64,000 bases of DNA from positions 13,304 to 77,303 of the forward strand of contig JBLWGC010000061.1 of assembly GCA_048772705.1 (NCBI GenBank), given 5' to 3'. Shown piece after piece: positions 32,535 through 43,730 of this stretch (positions are counted from its first letter, which is position 1; the number at the start of each line of letters is the position of its first letter). The position numbers were made by a program, and so were the translations under genes. The notes beneath the pieces were generated by a model. That model was not told the DNA's origin. It searched no databases and saw only the letters and a program-made list of their open reading frames with translations. The DNA is from Leidyana gryllorum EB-2025a (lineage: Eukaryota; Protista; Apicomplexa).

Positions 32535-33440
32535 GGATCGCAACCATGTTTAGGCTGATGACTGAAGCCTCCTGTCGGAATCGAACCAGCGACTTTTCGC
32601 TTATAAAGCGCATGCTGTACCCCTAAGCTAAGGAGACATTCCCTGTCTCGACCCATATGAGTTTTTCATGCTGGGAATTGCATTAGTTCCACCACATCGC
32701 ACGACAACTGCTGGATTTAAACCAGCGCGGGCCACGCCCAGTAGATTTCTAGTCTACCCCCTTAACCACTCGGGCAAGTTGCCACCTGTCGAACTCGGCA
32801 TTTTGCGGCCAATGGTTTCACATACGGTTCAGCAAGCTTGAGTTCTCGCGCTGCCCGAACCCGCGGTCTCCCCTCAAAAGTCTTGCGCTCTATCGACGGA
32901 CTTGGGGCGGCAACGAAGCTCGGACTTAGTAACAAATTCCATTCGTATTGATCGTGGAATCTTGGGCCTTCTTCGGGTACAGGGCGAATCTGTATCAGAG
33001 ATCCACTCACTTGGTCACGCGCGGGCTCCAGTCGCGGACTCGGAAGTTATCAGGCTCACGCTCCAACCGACTGGAATATGTGACCGCTTCAGAGTTGAGG
33101 TGAACAGTCACTAGCCGAAGGAGCGAGTGATGTGCACGGCAAAACCCCCATGACTGGGATTGAAGCGGCCGCTCAGACCTTCGTCCACCCCGCCAAACAG
33201 TCATTCCGAGAGCCAAATACTGACATCGAGAAGGGGGTGTACCTACACCACTGACAGTTCGCACGGAACCCCGATGGAAGGTGCGCTGGTCCGGATGGCT
33301 GTACCGACTCTTTTGGGATGGGCTGAGCCGGTTGCGTCGTGTAGTGGTTAGCACTGGAGACTCTGAATCGCCCGACCTGGGTTCGATTCGCCGCGCGACC
33401 TTGGAACTGGTCCTCACTACTCCCTGAAACTTCGCCATGT
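32535..33440 (+). repeat. Block Thr-Ser-psiLys-psiIle-spacer-Gln; inverted copy ~55520-56425; direct partial copy ~8560-9310
   Basis: Shared unique spacer GAAGCGGCCGCTCAGACC..CCAAATACTGACATCGAGAAGGGG; mirrored sum ~88961. Confidence 0.85.
33330..33401 (+). tRNA. tRNA-Gln(CTG), mutated
   Basis: Several stem substitutions. Confidence 0.55.
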
Positions 33441-33720
33441 CTTGGGCTGCGGAGACCATCCGTGCAGCAATGGTCTAGTGGTTACGACGTCTGCTTGGCA
33501 CGCAGAAGTCCCGATTTCGATCCTCGGTGGTTGTAGCTCGCAACTTTCAGCGAGAACCGAAGCAGAGAATCTCAAGCGAAACCACCTGCGTTTCGAGACC
33601 GGCAATCGAACCCGGGTCTTCCGCGTGACAGGCGGAGGCACTAACCACCATACTAACTCGGACCCTCTGAACACGCCGGCCTCCAATCCCAGAAGTCTTT
33701 CTATTTCGGCTCACGGACAG
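33330..33720 (+). repeat. Local inverted repeat (partner ~35500-35900): Gln-Val-psiAsp
   Basis: Mirrored sum ~69220; shared private variants (GATTCGCCGCGCGACC, CCCGATTTCGATCC). Confidence 0.8.
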
Positions 33721-33753
33721 AAAACGTGTAAAGTGGCGAGCCAAGAACGCTCC

Positions 33754-33833
33754 GGCAAGATGGCCGAGTGGTCTAAGGCGCTGTGTTCAGGCCGCAGTCC
33801 GAAAGGGCGTGGGTTCGAATCCCACTCTTGTCA
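33754..33833 (+). tRNA. tRNA-Leu(CAG)
   Basis: Intact. Confidence 0.9.
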
Positions 33834-33999
33834 GCCGTTGTATTGGCACTCGGTGAGCTACTAGGATCCATATCCAGTCTTACCAGAACTTGAGTCTGGC
33901 ACCTCGGACGACCCCTAAATCTGCGGCCTAGTTGAGAGCTTGAAGTGTCACTGTCGAGGTTCTGAAGTTGAGCCTGCGAACCTCGACGCGGTTGGCCGG

Positions 34000-34079
34000 C
34001 CGGGGGTAGCTCAGTTGGTAGAGCATCTGACTGTAGTACTGGCATCAGATAGTCGGCGGTTCGATTCCGTCCCACCGGA
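34000..34079 (+). tRNA. tRNA-Tyr(GTA) with 7-nt intron
   Basis: CT-GTA-G[TACTGGC]A-TCAGA; C1-G72, A73. Confidence 0.85.
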
Positions 34080-34473
34080 AGTAGAGAGATGGTTTGAAAA
34101 CTACTACTTAACCTATGTGCCAACTGGATTTAATCTGGCGATGATTCTACAGATGTAGTTTGGATGGGCTAGGGACCGATCCAAGTACCTTTTGTACGCT
34201 AAGCGACCGCTTAACCATCTGAGCTGGCCGCCCGCCGTGCCTACCCCATACCATTGGCTTCTACTTTACATATTATGAACAGTCTCTTGATTGTAAAGCG
34301 GGTTTAAACACCGACCAGGCGGCTGTTTGATGTAGTGGTATAATTTTTCCTTCGTGTACAAGAACTCCTGAGTTCGATTCCTAGAACAGTCCCGTTGCTT
34401 GTCGGTTGGGCCGACGCTCCACCTCATCTCAAGATGGTACGGCTCTCGTCCGAAGCCTCAGCTCGGGAGCTTG

Positions 34474-34546
34474 TCCACTGTAGTCTAAGTGGCTAGGGTA
34501 TGCGGCTCTTACCCGCACGATCCGGGTTCAAGTCCCGGCAGTGGAA
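34474..34546 (+). tRNA. tRNA-Glu body with CTT (Lys) anticodon
   Basis: TGCGG-CT-CTT-AC-CCGCA; near-intact body. Confidence 0.72.
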
Positions 34547-34744
34547 GTCATTGGACCATTCGAGCAAAGTGCTGCAGTAACCTCCGTCAAGAGTGACTGA
34601 CTCGTGATCTTTGGCTTGCATTGCCTTCTTAGTTTAGGGGCAGAGCATTCGCTTAATTAAGCGAAAGGTCGCCGGTTCGATTCCGGCAGAAGGCTTTGGT
34701 CACGACCCAATCAATTCTATAGCTGTTTCCCTCCTGCGCACACT

Positions 34745-34816
34745 TAGCAGTGCGTCGTTTCGATCGACGGACCTTTGGGTTATGAGCCCAACACTCTTCC
34801 ACTGAGCTACACTGCT
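34745..34816 (-). tRNA. Initiator tRNA-Met(CAT)
   Basis: A1-U72; GGG/CCC anticodon stem; T-loop ATCGAAA. Confidence 0.9.
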
Positions 34817-35286
34817 TAGTCTGCAACATTGAAGAGGGAGCAGGAATGCGATTCTTGAGATGTTATTTGCCTTGAGTGCCGCAGTCTACTAACGAGCTGA
34901 CTGCGTTGGTTCTAGAAACTGCTTATCTCATCGGGTCAACCGACAACCAAGAGGGCTGTTCTGGGAATCGAACCAGGTCTCCTTCCACCCTAAGGAAAGA
35001 TCATACCGCTAGACCAAACAGCCGCCCGTCTGTCGTGCAACCCGCTGGGTACACTCGAGAAAGTGGTCATACTATGTGAAGTACCACTAAATGCGATGGG
35101 GTCTGCACAGCGGGAGGCTAGCCCAGATGATGAAACGGTGCTTAGTATACGAAAGGTTCCGGGATCGATTCTCAGCCCATCCGAACTACATAGATGGAAC
35201 CCTCCCCAGAGTAGTCTAGTTGGCCTATCAACGCTGTCTGCCAAAACCATCAGGTTGAGTAGTACTCTGCCAATCACCCCTCTACT

Positions 35287-35366
35287 TCCGGTGGGACGGA
35301 ATCGAACCGCCGACTATCTGATGCCAGCACTACAGTCAGATGCTCTACCAACTGAGCTACCCCCGG
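35287..35366 (-). tRNA. tRNA-Tyr(GTA) with 7-nt intron
   Basis: Intron TGCTGGC. Confidence 0.85.
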
Positions 35367-36077
35367 CCGTCCAACTGCTCCGGGGTTCAAAAGGCTTAAC
35401 CCCAGATCCTCGCCCTTTCGGACTGCGGCCTGAACACAGCGCCTTAGACCACTCGGCCATCTTTGTCGCAGTCTTGTTGGTTCGTCGCTCCACGCGTTTT
35501 TGTCCGTGAGCCGAAATAGAAAGACTTCTGGGATTGGAGGCCGGCGTGTTCGGAGCGTTCGAGTCAGTATAGTGGTTAGTGTCTCCGCCTGTCACGCGGA
35601 AGACCCGGGTTCGATTCCCGGTCTCGAAATGCAGGTGGTTTCGCTTGAGATTCTCTGCTTCGGTTCTCGCTGAAAGTTGCGAGCTACAACCACCGAGGAT
35701 CGAAATCGGGACTTCTGCGTGCGAAGCAGACGTCGTAACCACTAGACCATTGCTGCACGGATGGTCCCCGCAGCCCAAGACATGGCGAAGTTTCAGGGAG
35801 TAGTGAGGACCAGTTCCAAGGTCGCGCGGCGAATCGAACCCAGGTCGGGAGATTCAGAGTCTCCAGTGCTAACCACTACACGACGCAGACGCAACCGGCT
35901 CAGCCCATTCCAGAAGAGTCTGTTCCTCAACTGGACACACGCAACACGGGTCTCTACTGACCTCTGAAATATTTTAAGTGGCTCCTGTATAAAGCGCCCA
36001 GCGTAAGCGTTGGATTTGGGTGGGACAGAAAGCTCACTTAAATCCTTGAAGCAGTTGCGCTTTTTCTCAAATGCAAC

Positions 36078-36159
36078 CGACAAGGGTGAGATTCGAACCA
36101 ACGCGGGTGAAACCCACCGGCTTAGCAGGCCGCCGCCTTAACCACTCGGCCACCTTGCC
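36078..36159 (-). tRNA. tRNA-Ser(GCT)
   Basis: CGGC-CT-GCT-AA-GCCG; variable arm; T-stem variant. Confidence 0.72.
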
Positions 36160-36253
36160 GAGAGTGGAACGGGCTACACATTCCATCGGGAATCCCGTGC
36201 GAATTAACTTCTCGAGAATCGCATTTCGGCTACCTCTTTCATAAGGCACATTG

Positions 36254-36325
36254 AGCAGTGTAGCTCAGTGGAAGAGTGTTGGGCTCATAACCCAAAGGTC
36301 CGTCGATCGAAACGACGCACTGCTA
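36254..36325 (+). tRNA. Initiator tRNA-Met(CAT)
   Basis: Intact; eukaryotic iMet signatures. Confidence 0.9.
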
Positions 36326-36521
36326 AGTGTGCGCAGGAGGGAAACAGTTATAGAATTGATTGGGTCGTGAGCAAGCCTTCTGCCGGAATCGAACCGGCGA
36401 CCTTAGGCTTACTAATCGAATGCTCTGCCCCTACGCTAAGAAGGCAATGTTAGCTGGAGATCACGAATCAGTCACTATTGACGGAGATCACTGGAGTAAT
36501 TTGCTCGAGTACTTCAGTGAC

Positions 36522-36594
36522 TTCCACTGCCGGGACTTGAACCCGGATCGTGCGGGTGAAAGCCGCATATCCTAGCCACTTAGACTACAGTGGA
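36522..36594 (-). tRNA. tRNA-Glu(TTC)
   Basis: Intact. Confidence 0.9.
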
Positions 36595-36812
36595 CGAGTC
36601 ACAACAGTTGCACTGACGAATGAGGCGCCAGAGAACTGTGAGTCGATCTCAGGTGGGAAGTTCACCTAGGTTTGGCGAGTGGGCGGCTATCTCAAGTGGT
36701 AGAGCGGTGACTTGGCACGCGAGAGGTCAGTTTAGACACCCATCAATGCCGCAGGACAGGCTGAACATGGGGGCATTTGGTCACTCCTCGCGGCATGTCG
36801 AATTCGACAGTT

Positions 36813-36894
36813 GGCAACTTGCCCGAGCGGTTAAGGTGGTAGACTTGAAATCTACTGGGCCTGGCCCGCGCTGGTTCAAATCCAGCAGTTGTCG
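36813..36894 (+). tRNA. tRNA-Ser(TGA)
   Basis: GTAGA-CT-TGA-AA-TCTAC. Confidence 0.8.
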
Positions 36895-37416
36895 TTCGAT
36901 GTGATTGGAGGGGCAGACAACAAGCCTGAAACCCGAGAATGGTGCCTCAATCAACCATCTGCCATCTTCTCTGCATCTGCGGGAATCGTTACACCTCCAG
37001 TCCTGAATACAGAACGAAGAGTCTAAACTACTCCAGGCCGTCCAACTTAGGCCGGTACATATGAACCAGGCTCATCGGATACGCGTTTCCAGAGACACAC
37101 GCCCCTTCGGCAGTCCGGAAGCTCCGTGCAGCCATCTAGCGGTCACTACGTCTGCTTAACACGCAGAAGGTCCCGAGTTCAATCCTCGGTGGCTGTAACA
37201 CGCATCGTTCAGGCAAGCATCACGGAATCTAGAGTGGAAGACTATCTATCTCCGAGACCGGGAATCGAACCCGGGTCTTCCGCGTGAGAGGCGGCCAAAC
37301 TAACCACCATACTATCTCGGTGGCTCACAAACACACCGGCCTTCAACACCAAAAGTCCTCCCTTCTCGAGACTTCACGAACAGAAAACGTGTAAAGTGGC
37401 GAGCCAAGAACCCTTC

Positions 37417-37496
37417 GGCAAGATGGCCGAGTGGTCTAAGGCGCTGTGTTAAGGCCGCAGTCCGAAAGGGCGTGGGTTCGAATCCCACTCTTGTCA
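37417..37496 (+). tRNA. tRNA-Leu(AAG)
   Basis: Intact. Confidence 0.9.
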
Positions 37497-38058
37497 GCCG
37501 TTGTATCGGCACTCGGTCAGCCACTGGATGCAGAAGGTTTTCCATGTAGAGCGGATGGGCGGCTAGCTCAGATGGTAGAGCGCTCGCTTTGCATGCGAGA
37601 GGTACTAGGATCCATACCCAGGTCGTCCAAACTCAGTAGGGCGACCTGTCGGTAGTTAAATACGGAGTTGCGACCTCTAACAGAGCGTCGCATATCGCAG
37701 CTCCCGGCACCGCTAGGCTTCGAAACTGCGACTCTGTGGTAAACAGCTACACGCTTTGCCGACTGAGCTACAAGACCCAGTTGCAATGTTCTTCCAGGCG
37801 AGGAAAAATCATACCTGCAGACCAAACAGCCCCCTGGTCGGAGCTTGTCAGCGTCTCTGTCAATCTGCCACGGCTGTTTGAGGCGTGCCTCCTGCGTCTG
37901 CCGGGAATCGAACCTGGGTCGTCTCGGTGGCAACGACACATTCTACCACTAGACCACAGATGCATGACTCGTTGTTGTTCAAGCTCGTGCACAATAACGG
38001 CCGTTTTGCTTCAAGTGAGGAGACAGGATCGAGTTGAGTGAGTATGAGGGGCAGTTCT

Positions 38059-38130
38059 GGGTACGTAGCTCAGTGGTAGAGCAGCTGACTGCAGATCAGC
38101 AAGTCCGTGGTTCAACTCCGCGCGTGCCCT
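38059..38130 (+). tRNA. tRNA-Cys(GCA)
   Basis: Intact. Confidence 0.88.
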
Positions 38131-38267
38131 GAAGATGGAATGAAACGTTCGAAGGTGTTGGCTCAGCCATACCGTCATGTGATCGAGACAGGGCCTGCCT
38201 GGTTAGCTGAGGGGCAGAACCCTCGCACGGGCGCGAGGGATTTTGACACCAGATGCCACAACCTCTC

Positions 38268-38340
38268 TGCCTCGGCTGTGGATCGAGCACGGGACTTCCA
38301 GATCTTCAGTCTGGCGCTCTCCCAACTGAGCTACCGAGGC
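38268..38340 (-). tRNA. tRNA-Phe(GAA) variant
   Basis: T-arm substitutions. Confidence 0.68.
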
Positions 38341-39064
38341 GGTAGGTAGGCACGGGAGGCGGTGAAAATAAGCAATTATCGCGGCCGTATGTGGGGCCAC
38401 TCTTGGCCGCATGCCGGAAGACAGTTGCCAACTTGCCCGAGTGGGGAGGGGGGTAGATTGGAATTCAACTGGGCCTGGGCCGCGCTGGTGCAGATCCAGC
38501 AGTTGTCGTGCGATGTGATTGGAGGGGTCACACGCCAACTCACGCATGAATTCTGTGGTGGAAATGATGCTATTCCCAGCATCAAACCCTCATATGGATC
38601 GAGACAGAGAATGCCGTCTTAGCTTAGGGGCAGAGCACTCGCTTAGTAAGCGAAAGGTCGCCGGTTCGATTCCGGCAGAAGGCTGTGCTCGCGAGGCAAT
38701 CGATTCTATAAATGTTCCCCTTCTGCGCACACTTAGCAGTGCGTCGTTTCGATCGACGGACCTTTGGATTATGAGCCCAACACTTTTCACTGAGCTACAC
38801 TCCTCAGTCTGCAACATGGAAGTTGCCCTGACTGCCCTACCGAAGTGGGCTAATGAAATGCTGTGTTGGTTCTGAGGGCAACTTGTCCCGTCGGGTCAAC
38901 CGACGACCATTAGGGCTGTTCTGCGAATCGAACCCAGGACGCTTCCACCCCAAGGAAGGATCCAGAGCAATAGCCGAATACTTGGGTGCATGCAACCGGA
39001 TATACAAATGGACACTCGAATCCACTGTGGCCTTCTCCAGCCTACTTGCGGGGATGATGGCCGT

Positions 39065-39148
39065 TGCACAGAATGGGATTCGAACCCATGCAGACTTGCG
39101 CCTACCAGAACTTGAGTCTGGCCCCTTAGACCACTCGGGCATCTGTGC
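39065..39148 (-). tRNA. tRNA-Leu(CAA)
   Basis: Intact. Confidence 0.9.
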
Positions 39149-39775
39149 GTTACTTTCCTTCTGAATTCCAGCGTGTGAACGGCTTCCGTTGCGACTGTCG
39201 ATGTCGTTCTGGGTGCGGTGTACCGCCCCGAAGTACTCTTACGGCCCGGCGTGCTCAGATGGCAACGAATCTGTCTGTAGTGGTGACATCAGATATTCGA
39301 CGAGTAAATTCCGTCCCACCGGAAGTTGATGAGTGGACTTCTTACAACGTAGTTCGTCTGACGCTCCTGTTCCATCCCATCCTAATCGATGCTTCGCTAC
39401 CTCTACAGCCTCGCCCAAAGATTTGTCCCAGTCATCTAGTGGCTAGGACAACACGTTGATGGTCGTGCAAACCCAGGCTCGATTCCTGGCTCGCCCAATA
39501 TGTCTCCGGTGTCTCTAATGGAACTTTCTCTTGATGGCTACACACTTTCATTCGACGGCTCCGTTGATTGGCGCTATGGCCTAATGGATATGGCATCGGT
39601 CTACGGAACCTGGGATTCTGGGGTCGAGTCCCAGTAGCGTCTGGGCGAGTGGTCGGGTTCCAGCCCCTCACAATTGCTGCAACTCATTTTTTGTCTCAGC
39701 TGGCTGTCCTTGTTGTGGACAGCATCCCCGTGCACCCTTCTGACAGGAGGAGATACATCGAGAGAAGTTCCATTA

Positions 39776-39848
39776 GGGAGTGTAGCGCAGTCGGTAGCGC
39801 GTAGGTCTCATAATCCTGAAGTCGAGAGTTCGATCCTCTCCACTCCCA
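39776..39848 (+). tRNA. tRNA-Met(CAT) elongator
   Basis: Intact. Confidence 0.9.
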
Positions 39849-40277
39849 CGGTTGGAATCGGAACCACGGGTTATCTCGATCGCAGCGAGAGACTCTTCCA
39901 CTAGACCACAGATGCGGAACACGCTCCTGTTCAATCTTGTACCTGGTGATAGCCATTCTTTATAAGCTTATCGATGCATCAAAGCCTTCTGCCGGAATCG
40001 AACTGGCGACCTCTCGCTTACTAAGCGAATGCTCTGCCCCTAAGCTGAGAAGGCAATGCAAGCCGAAGATCACGAATCAGACACTATTGACGGAGATTGC
40101 TGGGCACTTTGCTCAAGTATTCCACTGACTTCAGGCACTGACTTCCACTGCCGGACTTGAGCGCGGAGCTTGCGGGTGAGGCCGCATATCCTAGCCACTC
40201 AGACTACAGTGGGCAACATTCCACGGCGAAGGCAGCTAGTCAGCCAAATCATCGAAGTAAAGTGCTGAGCATTTGGC

Positions 40278-40350
40278 TACCTACGGCGAGACTCGAACTC
40301 GCAACCTTTGGATTAGAAGTCCAACGCGCTATCCATTGCGCCACGTAGGC
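40278..40350 (-). tRNA. tRNA-Arg(TCT)
   Basis: Intact, intronless. Confidence 0.9.
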
Positions 40351-40439
40351 GGCGGCTTTTCGACTAGATTGAAATAACAACATTCACGTTTTTGGACCAC
40401 GCGCCAGCCGTTTCTCTGCAGCCAAAGTTGCATGGAGTT

Positions 40440-40512
40440 TGGACGACCTGGGTATCGATCCCAGTACCTCTCGCATGTAAAGCGAGCGCTGCACCATCTG
40501 AGCTAGCCGCCC
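40440..40512 (-). pseudogene. tRNA-Ala body with TAC (Val) anticodon
   Basis: CTCGC-TT-TAC-AT-GCGAG; inverted-repeat partner at 58156 has TGC. Confidence 0.7.
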
Positions 40513-40572
40513 ATCCGTACAACATGGAAGACCTATTGCATCCAGTGGCTGACCGAGTGCCGATACCATGGC

Positions 40573-40652
40573 TGACAAGAGTTGGATTCGAACCCACGCC
40601 CTTTCGGACTGCGGCCTGAACACAGCGCCTTAGACCACTCGGCCATCTTGCC
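40573..40652 (-). tRNA. tRNA-Leu(CAG)
   Basis: One T-stem mismatch; inverted-repeat partner at 58016 has AAG. Confidence 0.78.
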
Positions 40653-41062
40653 GGGGTGCTCTTGGCTCGCCGCTTTACACGTTTTCTGTTCGTGAGTCAA
40701 AATAGAAAGACTGCTGGGATTGGAGGCCGGCGTGTTCGGAGCATCCGAGTCAGTCTAGTGGTTAGTATTTCCGCCTGACACGCGGAAGACCCGGGTTCGA
40801 TTCCCGGTCTCGAAACGCAGTTGGTTTCGCTTGAGATTCTCTCCTTTGGTTCTCGCTGAAAGTTGCGAGCTACAGCCACCGAGGATCAAACTCGGCAACT
40901 ACTGTGTGTGAAGCAGACGTCGTGACCACTACACCATGACTGCACGGAGCTTGCGGACTGGGAAAAAAGGCGTGTGTCTCTGGAAACACGTAACCTGATG
41001 ACCTACTTGAAGGAGCGCTAGTCCGATGGCTCTACCAACTCTTTTTTGGGAAGGACTGAATT

Positions 41063-41134
41063 GGTTGCGTGGTGTAGTGGTTAGCACTGGAGACTCTGAA
41101 TCTCCCGACCTGGGTTCGATTCCCGGCGCGACCT
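41063..41134 (+). tRNA. tRNA-Gln(CTG)
   Basis: Intact. Confidence 0.9.
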
Positions 41135-41197
41135 CAAAACTAGTCCTCACTACTTCTTAAAACCTCGCCACTTCTCTTGGTCTGCGGGACCTTCGCT

Positions 41198-41270
41198 GCA
41201 GCCATGGTCTAGTGGTCACGACGTCTGCTTCACACGCAGAAGGTCCCGACTTCGATCCTCGGTGGCTGTA
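41198..41270 (+). tRNA. tRNA-Val(CAC)
   Basis: G53>C variant. Confidence 0.72.
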
Positions 41271-41325
41271 GCTCGCAACTTTCAGCGGGAACCAAAGGGG
41301 AGAATCTTAAGCGAAATCAACTGTG

Positions 41326-41397
41326 CTCCGAGACCGGGAATCGAACCCGGGTCTTCCGCGTGACAGGCGGAAATACTAACCACTATACTATCTCGGA
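41326..41397 (-). tRNA. tRNA-Asp(GTC)
   Basis: Intact. Confidence 0.9.
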
Positions 41398-41493
41398 CGC
41401 TCGCAAACACGCCGGCCTTCAGCCTCAGACGTCTTACCAGTTTCGAGATTCTACGGACAAAAACCGCGTGGAGCGACGAACCAACAAGACCGC

Positions 41494-41573
41494 GGCAAGA
41501 TGGCCGAGTGGTCTAAGGCGCTGTGTTCAGGCCGCAGTCCGAAAGGGCGTGGGTTCGAATCCCACTCTTGTCA
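41494..41573 (+). tRNA. tRNA-Leu(CAG)
   Basis: Intact. Confidence 0.9.
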
Positions 41574-42102
41574 GCCGTTGTAGTCAGGACAACCTGCGAC
41601 TTGCATCCCAGCATCCCCGCACCATGCGCGGGACTGCCCGCCGTCAGGTAACCCGGCTAATTTTTGTCGATACAACTGACACATGAGTCCCCAACTAAGT
41701 TGCCTTCCTAGCTTAGGGGCAGAGCGTTCGCTTCAAAAGCGAGCAGTCGCCGGTTCGATTCCGGCAGAAGGCTTTGATGCATCGATAGGCTTTTGAGGAA
41801 TGATTCACAAGATCGTGTTCTGCATCTGTGGTGTAGAGGAAGAGTCGCTCGTTGCCATCGAGATAACCTGTGTGCGATTTCTGGCTGCGCTACACTCCCC
41901 CTCCGACTTTCTCCGAGGAATTGGGTCAAGATACAACAACGCGGGCTGTTCTGGGAATGGAACCCCGGACTTCTGCCACACGACGGAGGAATCATACCAC
42001 TAGACCAAAGAGCCGCCTGTCATTCGTGCAACCCGCTGAAGACAGTTTAAAAAGTGGTCATCCTATGTTGAGAACCAACAAATGCGATGGGGTCCGCACA
42101 AC

Positions 42103-42175
42103 GGGCGACTAGCTCAAATGGTAGAGCGCTCGCTTAGCATGCGAGAGGTACTGGGATCGATGCCCAGGTCGTCCA
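42103..42175 (+). tRNA. tRNA-Ala(AGC)
   Basis: Consensus intact. Confidence 0.9.
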
Positions 42176-42690
42176 AAGTACGTACGGCTGCACGTGGCCG
42201 GATTCAAACCCATAGTTGTCATCTTTGAAGGGTCGCGAACCACAAGTGCCATTGGGAGAGCACCGCAGTCAATGTCTAGGGTGCCTCTGAAGCCGGTTTT
42301 GCTAGGTTCCGGACCTGCGAGCCTGTCATCAAAAGCCACACGCTCTGCCGACTGAGCTACAAGACGCCTTACAATGTTGCAGAGCTTAGTAGAGGGACCC
42401 CCTTTGTTGTAGGTTGACCCGACGGACCACGTCTTGTTAACCTCAACTGGGGAACTTGTCCACTGTAGTCTAAGTGGCTAGGATATGCGGCTCTCACCCG
42501 CATGATCCGGGTTCAAGTCCCGGGAGTGGAAGCTACTCGAGCGAAGCGCTCCAGTAATCCCCGTCAACAGTGACTGATTCGTGATCTTCGGCCTGCATTG
42601 CCTTCTTAGCTTAGGGGAGCATTGGCTTACTAAGCGAAAGGTCGCCGATTCGTTTCCTTCCCGAGGGAAGGTGTAACCAGTTACACTCTC

Positions 42691-42772
42691 GGCAAGGTGG
42701 CCGAGCGGTTAAGGCGGCGGCCTGCTAAGCCGTTGGGTTTCACCCCCGTGAGTTCGAATCTCACCTTTGTCG
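42691..42772 (+). tRNA. tRNA-Ser(GCT)
   Basis: Near-intact. Confidence 0.8.
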
Positions 42773-42885
42773 GTAGCATTCGGGGAGAGCGCAACTGCTT
42801 CAATGATTGAAATGAGGTTTCCGCCCGACTCGAACTCGCTTTACGCTGGACGCTGTACCAAGTCAATTGTACTGTCTGATGCACC

Positions 42886-42957
42886 GGCTGTTTGGTCTAG
42901 TGGTATGATTCTTCCTTCGGGCGGAAGAAGTCCTGAGTTCGATTCCCAGAACAGCCC
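42886..42957 (+). tRNA. tRNA-Pro(CGG) variant
   Basis: Loop TT-CGG-GC; T-stem change. Confidence 0.7.
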
Positions 42958-43338
42958 GTCTGATAGTTGTTGACGCAACACGGCACTCCGGCCATTCGCC
43001 CAGACGCTATTGGGACTCGAACACAGAATCCCCGGTTCCTATGACCGAGGCCATATCCGTTAAGCCATAGCGCCGACTAACGGAGCCGTCAAATGGAAGT
43101 GTGTGGCGATCAAGACGACATGAGCAGCTACGCCCGATCGTGGGTTCGGACAAACTTCACCTACATCTCCCATTCGAGACATCGGGGACATACTATCGAA
43201 GCCAGGATTCGGGCCTGGGTATGCACGGCAACTTGCTGTTGTAACCACTAGACGACCCGGACAATCTTCAAGTGAGGCTGGTGGGTACCAAAGCCACTTT
43301 AGATGTCAGGCTATCGAGTTTTGTGTCCTTGGTTGCCT

Positions 43339-43411
43339 GACGCCCTAGCTCAGTCGGTAGAGCGCAAGACTCTTAATCTTGCGGTCGCGGGTTCGAGCCC
43401 CGCAGGCGGTG
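43339..43411 (+). tRNA. tRNA-Lys(CTT) variant
   Basis: Acceptor substitutions. Confidence 0.7.
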
Positions 43412-43467
43412 TGGATCTTTTTCCCTGGAAGTAAGGAACTGTTGCCTACAAGCACATTCAGCAATAT

Positions 43468-43540
43468 TTCCACTGCCGGGACTTGAACCCGGGTCATGCG
43501 GGTGAGAGCCGCATATCCTAGCCACTTAGACTACAGTGGA
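43468..43540 (-). tRNA. tRNA-Glu(CTC)
   Basis: Intact. Confidence 0.9.
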
Positions 43541-43657
43541 CAACTCCCTCAGCTGCAGCTTTAGCCGAGAGCCGTACCCTCTTGACAAGACGTGGTTGCA
43601 GAATCTTGCGGTAGAAAAAGGAGGATCTCTATACTAACCTCTGAACTATTGTAGCTG

Positions 43658-43730
43658 GGTCTTGTAGCTCAGTCGGCAGAGCGTGTGGCTGTTAACCACA
43701 AAGTCGCAGGTTCGAAACCTGCCAGGACCG
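43658..43730 (+). tRNA. tRNA-Asn(GTT)
   Basis: Intact. Confidence 0.9.

Larger units (their letters stand above)
38421..42100 (+). repeat. ~3.7-kb inverted segmental duplication, left arm (partner 56566-60247)
   Basis: Reverse-complement match; mirrored coordinates sum to ~98668 (e.g. ORFs 38519..38875+ and 59793..60149-; 41360..41686+ and 56979..57308-). Confidence 0.95.
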
